Origin: Trichoplax adhaerens
Taxonomy: Eukaryota > Animalia > Placozoa
NCBI RefSeq assembly: GCF_000150275.1
Contig: NW_002060950.1
Span: forward strand, 2,096,106-2,160,105
DNA: 64,000 nt
Reading direction: 5' to 3'
In this document: positions 1 to 11,011 of the stretch, piece by piece
Position numbering within the stretch: the stretch's first letter is position 1
How the letters are laid out: each line of letters begins with the position of its first letter
The notes under the pieces: generated by a model
The model's input: the letters and a program-made list of their open reading frames with translations, nothing else
What the model was told of the DNA's origin: nothing
The model's database searches: none
Program-made: the position numbers and the translations under genes

Positions 1-364
1 ATTAACCTTACTAGACTATTCAACAAGATTGTAAATTACACCACAAATTCTTTCATCTTAAATTAAAGTCGATAACAAGACTTTGTTTGCTCCCATCACA
101 TCGTCACCTCAATTCAAGCCATCTTTCATTTCTTCTTCAATCAACTTATTCATTGACTCTCCATCTTTTCCTTGCCTAGTATTCTCCTTTTTTTCTTAAC
201 CCCCCTCCGATATCGCTCGACGCCTTATACATAACATTCCTATATCTATTTTGAAGAAAAAATCGTCTCTTCCATTTTCACTTCATCGACTTATTCGATT
301 CAAACAACTCCAAGTTGTCTATTCAAGTCACAGTAACAAGAGCAAAAAAAAAAGCAAAGATAAA

Positions 365-3300
365 ATGACATCCAACCGATTTCATCCATCCTTGACATTT
401 TTACTCATAGTAAGTATGGTTTTGCCTATCATACCATATTGTACAGCTAAGCCAACGCATCAAGAATCAAAGCAAGGACAAGAAACTTCCCAATTTGATG
501 CTAAAGAACTAGTTTCACGTCAACTTTTAACATTAATGGGCCTAAAAGATATCCCCCAATTACCCGCTCACCGTAAAATACCCCAATATATGATGGATTT
601 ATACAAAATTAAAACACAAGCATCATTAAATACGAATAAAAGTCCAGGCCAATTTTCCAACACTGATCTAATCCATTCCAGCTCCAAATTACGTGGTAAT
701 ACTATACGCAGCTATTTCGATCTAGGTAAGACAGAAAAGGATATAAAAAATTTTTTTGCCATGACCTGACAAAGTTGATGATGCTGTGTTATCCATGGCA
801 ACAGAGATTTTGCTGTATCTTTCTTCCGCTTTTTTTGTTCGCATGTTGAAACTTTTTTTACCTATCGCATTTATCCATTGATCGATTGATTTAAATAAAG
901 GAAAGACTGAATCACTCTGTATGCTATTAAATTCAATCAATTCTTAAAATGTGGAATTCGATTTTAATCAGTCTAATTTTCTTCTATACCTTGAATGATC
1001 AATTAACGTCTTGAGTGTTTTACCGATGGTGCTTGCTTTCCAAAGTTCATTGACATCATCAAGTTATTTCATCATCTTCATCTCATGATTACAGCATGAG
1101 CTTAATTAAAGAAATGACGATCAAATACGTTCCTCTACTAGTCCATTCCTATTTCCGTGACATGATTCCGATCTATCATTACTAATTGTTATCCTTCAAT
1201 CCTTAAAGGGGATTGTTCATGATTTTTCATTGATTCAGAAAATTTACCCGTTACCGAGGATAGATTCGATTCTCATCTATTGTCAAGAGATGCATAATAC
1301 TATCTTTCTCTATTTGGGTCGATTTTATTCCTTCTTTCTACTTTAACATCGATTGGATATTTGGTTACAATTCCTTGTCTATATATTGGACAAGATTCCT
1401 TGATTGCAATCGATTCGAGAATGCCTTTTGAACCCGATTCAAATTTGAAGCTATTTTTTCCTCATTCAATTCTGCAATTGATTAATCATGGTCATGATCC
1501 AATCCAATTTTATGCTTTGCATGACTAGAAGAATTGATGTAGTCTTTCTAGTTGACGTACATCAATCAATTAACGGAATGGATGATTTATTTACTTTATA
1601 CATGTATTTGTTAAGAAATTTCTTAACACTGTTTTAACATTGGAGTAACAATCATAACGCTTGCATATTCCGTCATGATTTATCTTCAATGCGTTGACAG
1701 TTAATATAGACCCCTACTATAACAACGAGGACTATTCTATCTTTGTCTCCATTAGTAAGATTTTCCAAGATTGGATGCAGTTTGAAGAATGAATATAAGA
1801 ATCAATTTATTGTTCAAGTCTAATGTACAACAACCACTAACTCAGTTCATGTCCTCCGTGTCATTATTCTTCATCTTTTTCCCCCATCGTCAGCAATTAT
1901 CTCTCATTTTAACTATAGCTTAATTAGAAGTGAAATTAAGAGCGGTGTAAAATAATCTAACTTTTCCATTTGAGCACAATAGCATCGAGAGAAGGCTAGA
2001 TACCCCATGTTGATGATAGACAAGATCGAATCAGGTTGAATTCATCATTCCAATAATACCCCATACCTTGATTTGTCTATATTACCGTCAAAATAAAATG
2101 CTATTTGTTGGGCAATTTGATAATTTTTTCCCTTACTGTGCTTTCATCTTACGTTGATCAATTCAATATAAAGTGACATTGTATAGTCGACAAGAAGAAA
2201 GAAGAGAAAAACTATTTTCTATCCTTATTGATGATTATTTTCATTGATTGAAAATAAAAAAAAAGAACTATCTTTCTATTCCATTCATGGCTATACAGCC
2301 ATGATAAAAGCCAAATTTACCTTACTTAAATCAATCTAGCAGTTATCGATCATAACTATGCTTATCGTCTTCATCACTTGTAATTATTTTATCCTATCAC
2401 AATAGATAATGATTATCATTTTTAAATATTTCGCCACTACAAAAAATCAGGATAACAAAGCAGTGAATCAAGGGCATTAATAATAAAATATGATGCTTCT
2501 CCAATAGATTAAATCAGTTTGATAAAGATCAGCATATCTTCCAATAGCTACCATCAGATAATCTAATTTTCGTCTCTAATTAAAAGATTGCTCGATGACA
2601 CTAAAGAGCATTGTCTCATTTCAAGTAGCCATGATCAAGGCTGCCTTTACAATTTAGCGTCTCTATGACCTTAGGACTACCGTATTGATTCAAGAGCTAA
2701 ACAACATTAACGATAGGGATCCATCGAAAGCTAATAGGAAAACAACGATCTAAGTAGAATAGAAATGGAATGCCAGTTTTCGACTGGATGATATTTGTAC
2801 ACCTCGACATCAAGTCAATAGGAGCCTTAGTCTTACTAGTGTATCCCAATGATGAAAATAAATTGAGTTCACAAGCCAGATATAGACTATAAACTTAAGA
2901 TGAAAGTAAAGGATAACAAATTATTAGCCAAGGCCAACTTATTGACATGCTTGTTTTACTGATGGATGAATAACTTTTGTCTGTAATTAATAGTCATCAT
3001 TAGACTTGTTAACATCGTTGATATGATTGTATTAATATAAAATCCACATTAACTATTCGGTACTTGAAATGAAGAATAATGGTTTACATGTCTTGATAAG
3101 CGATTTTGTGGTTGAAAGCTTGTTAAGTACGTTCTATCAAACAGCTATGTTACTAGTATTTTTTGGTCACACAGCTTTGTAATTTTTTTCTTATACTGCA
3201 TAAAGTGAGGATAAATCCCTTCGTATTTGTTTGGTAATCGTTCTATTAAAATTGCAATTACATTGAATCGTTCGTTACACAGCTATCTCAAGATATTATC

Positions 3301-6300
3301 CAATTTATCCACAACTATTTTTTATTCAACTTTTTCTCCTCTATTTTTTGAAAGAACTACTACTTTAAATGAAGCCTAAATCGGCTCCTTAATTATATCA
3401 TTTCATCTTCATACGTCCATGCATCTATTTATCCTCGAAAAATACAAGCAAATTTAAAAATAGTAAAAACTAATAACCAACAGCATTGTGGAATGAATGT
3501 AGCAATCAAGATTGTAAAACTTGTTTGGACTTGATTTCCTGCGTAAAAAAGAGGATGTTTTCATCTGCTGTTACTGTAGTAGATTACATGAAATTTGACG
3601 TTGCTAAGCAAATATTGACCTAATTTCTGTCGTCGTGAATATTTTCATCTATTGACTGAATATATCTCGCCCCTAGATAGCTTGATGTATAACTTGGCCT
3701 TATATTATGACTTAGACTCAGCTGGACAGTCAATCAGTCGGTACATTAAAGGGTAAAATAGTTCACTTAATAATAGTGGTAGAACATCAATAATGTCCTT
3801 GAATATTTGTTGTTGTTGTTTTTGTTTACTTATTGTTATGACTGGCCTTATTCTTGCCTTGTTCATCGGCCGACTGCAGGCTTCCATTTGTGCTCCTAGA
3901 TGCATTTACTCAATTCTTGTCATCCCCATCATTACCACCACCACGATATTCTTTCAAATCAACATCGTAGACGCCAATTTATTCATCACTTTAGGGTGTT
4001 ACAGTCTTGCACTCTATTTAATCTAGTCATCAAATTTTAATTACCAACGTATGGATCATTCTCTATTTTGCGATTGTCGTCGTTTTTATTTCTAGGAAAT
4101 AGCTTCAAGAAAAATACTTGACGGATTTTATTTTCCGTTTTATCAAAATATTGACTGCAATTTGACGTAAATCATTTCCAAGAAATGATCATTTGATATG
4201 ATACAGCAGTAAATCAGACCTTTAAAATTAGCTTGTTTTTCTGCTAATCGTCGTCATTATAAAGTTAAAGACTGAGTTGATTGCAATAAAATTAATTTGA
4301 TTATCCTACAAAATGATATGCTAGAATAAGATTGCTGACAGTCAACGTCTTAATTGTCATTAAAAGTTGATCCTATTGGCAATGTGTTTACTGTAAATTA
4401 CTAATCCAATCATCTTAATGATAAAATATGAAGTATTATCTCACTTTTAACGGGACAAGGGGGCAAGATGGTTCTTTTTCATTCTTAATTAACTATAATT
4501 TAATTCAATAAAAAGTGGTCGTAGTGGAGGTGGTATTGATGAAATACTGAATTTTATCAATATTTTTTTCTCTTGCGGGGAGAGTGAAATCTCCATTCTT
4601 AATGATGGTTCAATATCAACAATCTTATTCACTTATTTGTTTCTTGATTGTTATTTCATGCTCTATAACATATTCATATAGTCATGGTTAAAAATAAGAA
4701 AACACTAGGGACTTTTATTCCTTCAATTGAAGCTGTTGGCTATCATTATCTAAAGGAAATAGAGGAAATATTTTATCTTGACAATTCATTACTAGCCTGA
4801 TAATGTGATAACAGCAAGATAATGTATCCTAATTCAATTTCTTACCATTTATCACCAACTCATTAGGGTAGCTATCAAACCCAGTATTCTAGTTAGTTTT
4901 AATTGCAATGTATCTATTATCTAGTCATACAGTTTGATACTAAGGTAATCAAGAATATGAAAGAGATATTGTAACCTTAACTAATATTCATCTTCTTACC
5001 ATTTCTTTGTTAATTGAATACGTAGTTATCATGGCTGTTGCTTTAAATTCAAGTTACCCAGTATCCACTAATTTAAGAGTATAGTAAGCAAGAAGACATA
5101 AGGGATATTCTACCTTCACTACCTTTTTACTGTTTCTTATTCATTCAACCTGCAATTATCACGATTGCCATTGTAGTATCTTTTGCTTTAAATTGACTCA
5201 TTCTCTACTAATTGATATTACGGTAAGCAATAAAATTAATCTCCTGACAAGCACAAGACCAATTTATCGGGGTGAAGGATATCCTTAGTGTATAAGCAAT
5301 CAATGGAGTGCTTCTGCAACGTATGAAAGAAACGACGTTTTTACGTAAACTACTGAAGAGTAGTAATTGGGTTGAAGGTCATCAGTGGAATATTTCTATT
5401 ATATCGCTTTCCTTGTATACGGATCAAGGTTATATGAGCAACTTATTTTTTATTTATGATTACCACGACTATTTGCAGTTAGATACACGATGATTGAATT
5501 AGGTTAATCAAACTGGATTGAACTTTAACTGATATTCTTCAATACCATAATTAATAATCGTATTATTCTGAGTCAACAACCTCACTGATAAAGCCATGAA
5601 AAAAATATTTATAGTAATCTTCTCCATTAATCAATATCTATTTTTAAATATAATTTATTTGTTAGTTTGTATATATAAATAAGTTATATCCAAAATCCTG
5701 AGTCTATTCCGTTATCAACGTAAAATATTAATGGATAGTACAATTGAAATTGGTCTTGCCATCTAGAACAATTACTTTATTTTCGAACTCGAAATCAATT
5801 CAATTTTAAATTATACCCAATAATGTATTACACATCAATTGAAGTCGGTATGGGCAAATTTAGGATATTGAAATCTTGCTATTATTTGGGATGATATATT
5901 ATATGGTATTGAGTTGTAGTTTTGCCAACATGGAGAATAATATACCTGAAATAGATATCTAGTATAATTTTATATGATACGCATTAATTATTAATTGTAG
6001 AAGTATTTCGATGTTGTTTTGTAATTTTAATGATTAATTTACAATTTTTTTTTCTCTCTTTCTTTATACTTACCAAAATGGATTGAATGAAAATTATGGG
6101 TACAGTTGTCAGAAAAAATGAATTTCAATTTAACATTTCTGATATCAACGATAAAGAAGAATTAATTAGTGCCGAACTCCGAGTTTTTCGACTACGCCAT
6201 TACATTAAATTACCTCATGGACATCGTGGATATTATAACGCTAAAGTATTCCAAATTATGCCTCGTGGTTTTAAAGATCGATTAATTGATTCACAGGTAA

Positions 6301-7016
6301 TTGGTCATCGCAGCCATGGCTGGAAAGTTTTTTCTGTTTCTCCTGCTGTCCGTTATTGGATTCACTATCCAAAGCATAATCTTGGCTTAAGGATTGTAAT
6401 TACGGAGCTCAATAGCGAAGAACCATTGCATCAAGATTTGTACCAATTTGCTAAGCATCCACCACATCATCGCTCTAAGCAAGCATTACTCATAGTCAGT
6501 TCTAATGTTCAGTTGCCAAAATTGGCTAATTTAGCAGAAGTCATGAAAACAGTGGAAGGGAAAAAGTTGCATTATAAGGCATCGGAGAACAATCAAAATA
6601 GTAATCAGCTTGAAGAAGATCATCCATCACGTAGTAAGCGTTCAGTTAATAAGCGTCGTGATACCAATGGTCGAGGATATCTACCCCAAGATTATTCTAA
6701 TAGTCCGTGCCATCGAGAAGACTTAGTTGTCGACTTTAAAGATATTGGTTGGGAATGGATCATTTCACCGAGATCTTTCAATGCATATCAATGTGTCGGT
6801 GTTTGTAAATATCCTTTAGGAAGTAATACTAATGCAACATTACATGCAACTCTTCGCGCTATGATGTCCTACTTTGGTCAAAATAGCCAGCCTACCCTGC
6901 CATGTTGTACACCAGATCGTTTAAGAAGTCATACATTTTTATTTTATAATGCTAACCATGAGATCCAAATTAATGAATTTGACGGTATGGTAGTTGAAAC
7001 ATGTGGGTGCCATTAA
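365..7016 (+). CDS. TGF-beta superfamily ligand precursor, BMP3/GDF10/ADMP-like (BMP class); 2 coding exons
   Basis: Exon 1 is 365-725: ATG, signal-peptide-like FLLIVSMVLPIIPYCTA, prodomain LLTLMGLKDIP..IPQYMMDLY..GNTIRSY, ending CTAG|gtaag in phase 1. Exon 2 is 6106-7016: tacag|TT in phase 1, FQFNIS..ELISAELRVFR, furin site RSKR, and a 7-Cys cystine-knot domain C..VDFKDIGWEWIISPRSFNAYQCVGVC..PCCTP..MVVETCGCH*. The intron position after NTIRSY matches BMP-class genes. The subfamily call is from recalled motifs, not a tree. Confidence 0.93.
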
Positions 7017-7341
7017 TACTGAATAGCCTATCCGTAATACCATTTAAAATGATTTCAATTATTCAATGGTTATGATTAGTATTTGATTATTACAATTATT
7101 TGATCATATCAATTCATTAATACAGTATCATGAAGATACTGTAATTATGATTTACATTTATATCAATATATGAATATATATTATATACATAGCACCATTA
7201 GAATGCCTTATTAACACCATAATAGTATTGAAAACTAATTCCAAAACATGTAATTATATTATAATATTAATCACGGTTGATGTGGATATATGCGGTATTC
7301 AAATATTATTCGATATAAGCCTAGTAACACTCTTTTAATAT

Positions 7342-7347
7342 AATAAA
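7342..7347 (+). other. Candidate polyadenylation signal of the BMP-class gene
   Basis: AATAAA about 325 nt after the stop codon; common by chance in AT-rich DNA. Confidence 0.3.
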
Positions 7348-10300
7348 ATACCAAACGATATTGTCATCATAGCTATGATTGTTAATGATAGGAGTTATTC
7401 TATGCTCATTTGATAGCGAGTTATTTGAAAAGCAATCTACTATCATCATCATCAGCGTATGATTAAGATTTACTATAAAAAGCCTCTATTTATTTAAATT
7501 TCTTGGTTGATAAATATAAATCAAATACAACAAGGTACATTAGCTAATCAGTCATATACATATGTGCGACAATATGTTGCTATACGTATATACGTAAATA
7601 CATATATTTAAATAAATGATAACGATCATTGCCACCTCTCCCTTTTTTCCTCTTTCATCAAAAATCTATTTAATAATTGAATTATGGAAAATGCCTATTA
7701 TACTTTCAATATATCATAATATCAAAATGTTTACTTTTTTCTCTTTCTTATGTAATATCCTGATAATAATAATACCGCTATGGTCATATCATGGTCAACT
7801 GATATTTATTGGATCATATTTCATCACCTACTCTATAGTAGTAAATTTTTTTGTCATTGTGTTGTTGTTAAAATTTCATCTACTACTCATTGTGGATGGT
7901 TCTTTGCATCGGTATAAAGTAAGTTGAATTGAATAGAATAACTTACCGACCAAGACTACTTATAATATTGTGCTTCGTAATAACTTTGTCTTTTAATTAA
8001 TGTTATACTACGAGCTTTGGACTCTTATTTTACGATCATAAACACTAACAATATAAGTACAATTTTAAAGGGTAAAACTAACTAATGTCACAAAATTGAC
8101 ATTATCATGTTAATTTTGTTTTGAATGACTACGCTTCAAAATGTTTTGCTGTTACGTTTCAATATCCGCTATTCTTTCGATCAATTAATTTCTATTTGTG
8201 CCTCCATTCTACAACCATTTCTACTCTTGAATACGAAAAATAACGGGTTCTATTCATATTGATGGATATTGCTTAAAAATTGTTGTGATGAACGTAATGT
8301 AAAAAGCAAGATTGCATGACAAGCCATTATTATAGGCTAAATCAAGGTCTTGAAAGGAAACCTTTAGCAACTCAAAACTAGCTAAAGTTGATATACTAGC
8401 TTACAGATTAAAATATGATCAAGTAAAAGAATTGTTAAATTGATATTACATTTCAAAATTGATATGCTTCCCTAGTAATACTATCTAGTCTTTTGTATTA
8501 GTGCATTAGATTGATACTATTACAAATATAAAATTGGTTTAATGACATATCACGATATTATGTTATATCCAATTTTGCCATGGTAATTTATGCCGATATG
8601 ATCCTTGTTGTCTTCTATTCCCGTGCATTTTGCAAAAATTTAGCATGAGCTTATACTGGCTGCTTTTATCGCTATAGATGGAATTTCGGTCAAGTAACAG
8701 ATTTACTCGGTTCAAACAAAAAGTTCATCAAAATTAATCTTATTCTTTTTTGCATAATGAATTTGAATAAGATGAAAATAAAAATTGAAACGTACATTTT
8801 ACATGCTTCGATAGCTTTATTCTATTATTACAGACACTTGCTGTGCAATATTTCGACATATTAACAGCATCCGTTATTATTAGACTAATTAATAGAAACA
8901 GACAGATAAAGAATCAGCTGTGATAAAAAAATTACTTGTTTTCCTGATACGTTAGCTTATATTTGATACAGTATTCATCTGATATCTGTGCATCTGATCG
9001 TATTTACTAGTAAATCTGTAGAGAATAAAAGTAATTCCCCATATCCACATTGTTATTGTGATATATTATCAATTCTTATTCTCATCTATTCTTGTTATTT
9101 GGTTATATTAATATTAATGATAAGACAATAAAAGGAATTATATTCCTTGAAAGAAATATCTTCGTAATCATGTACAATTGTCATAAATTAAAATAAATTA
9201 CAAGGAACGCAACTGACATTCATGCCGTATTTATCCAATTAATTTGATATAACTACACAAGTAAAAATAATTATTTTGATCTAAGAACTATAAAATTTAT
9301 ATGATAATGAGTAATACCAACTTCCCTATTACGATATATTATTTATTAAATATATTTTTGGAATACTTTTTACTGATAATAATGCGCCTGTTAGGATATT
9401 ATAAAATATAGGTTAATATGCTATCTTCAATTACGATCACTTTATGTATAGTCCTTACCGCAACTCACTCCTTAGAAGGAATAATGTAAATTTTCGACAA
9501 ATTGTCTCGTAGCTTGTTTTATTCATCGAGGGCATGTTGCAGTCCGGATTCGATGCAATTTCGTGATTAAAAATCGGTATATTGCTGCATTAGTATACTA
9601 TATTATACTTGATGAAAGGGCTACTAGGGATATGCTAATACTCATACGCGTAAAAAGTATATAGTGTATTATTAAGTACCGATTTAATATAACATGCTTT
9701 TAAAGATAAATCGATCTCTTAATTCAATAAGATGGTCATCATTAATTGAAAATGCAGTTATTTTTAAATCAAGGGAATACTTTTCTCAAGGTTAGACGTT
9801 TTGATTTAAATATAGAGTAATGAGTTGATAGTGATGATTACCAGAAAAAAATGTTTCCCGTTGACTATATTTCTGCAGTGGACTAAAAAGTATTATTGGC
9901 TGCAATACTAAATAGTATTAAGTACGTATAAACAATTTTTCCTTTAACTTAGCGTATCAGACACCTACGCAATAATACTTACTAGAAAAGGTGTATGTTA
10001 TAGATAACCTTGATTCTATTAATAATTACCTTTTGAGTACTACTGCAGTTGTATAGAGATTATATTACACAAATGAAGGCACTGTTAACTAAAATATATC
10101 AAATTGTATCATGCAGACTCATCAGATACTTTAGATTTTACGATATCAATTGCAATAAACTATCTTTAAATAATAGCGTAAACAATGGTTACTACCGCAA
10201 TTGAGATGATAAGATTTAAGTACGAAACGTTGCTTTTAATTCGTTAAAAGTACATCCAAAAATTGCAAAGATCTTTAGTAACAACAACAATAAAAATATA

Positions 10301-11011
10301 ATTTGGCATCTTCGATACAAAGGATAAAGGTAAATAGAATTCTGTTAATGTAAAGTGTTGTAATCCAGTTGATGAAATTGAAGATGAGAAGGAATATCTG
10401 CTAATTGAAAATTCATGGCATCTATAGCGATATTCCATATTAAACCAAACATTACTCAAGCCATGTTCTTCTTGCTAAATCAGATTGACACTAATTAATA
10501 AACTATTCGCAATTATTTATAATATTGAGATAATCATAAATAAAAAAGACGATTTTACCTAAAAAAATTGTACTAATTTTCAACGCTAGTGCTCAGTAAC
10601 GAGATTAAATAGTTAATGTTCATCTGCGCTCATGCCGCGTCTTATTTTCTTCAAGTCCGAAATCATAATTTAGTAATATAAATGGTATCATTTCATTCTA
10701 ACAATTAACAATATTAATTTAATGGCTTAATAACACGTTACAGCAATTTAAGAATCAGATAGGGTACTATTTAAATTTGTTGCATTTCATTTAGCTTGTC
10801 ATGAATTCTATCGGCTTAAAATATGTGCTTAGCGAGCCTTTAATCAATGAAATGTGACAATAATAATTAATATAATGCCACTGTTGAAAGTCTAACTACG
10901 GAATTGATGAATTAGTAGTATTTCGGTGTAGATTATAGAAAATATTCATTGATATGAATATAACCAACACTAAATATATTAGTCCTGACTCATAAGGCAT
11001 ACTACAATTAA

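Noticed and set aside
251-364. N-terminal extension of ORF 251..769
   Set aside because: It begins at a TTG. The ATG at 365 directly precedes the signal peptide and is the plausible start. The ORF tail after 725 is intron.
7616-7927. 103-aa hydrophobic ORF downstream of the BMP gene
   Set aside because: The Ile/Phe/Leu-rich composition is what T-rich non-coding DNA yields, and no family motif is present.
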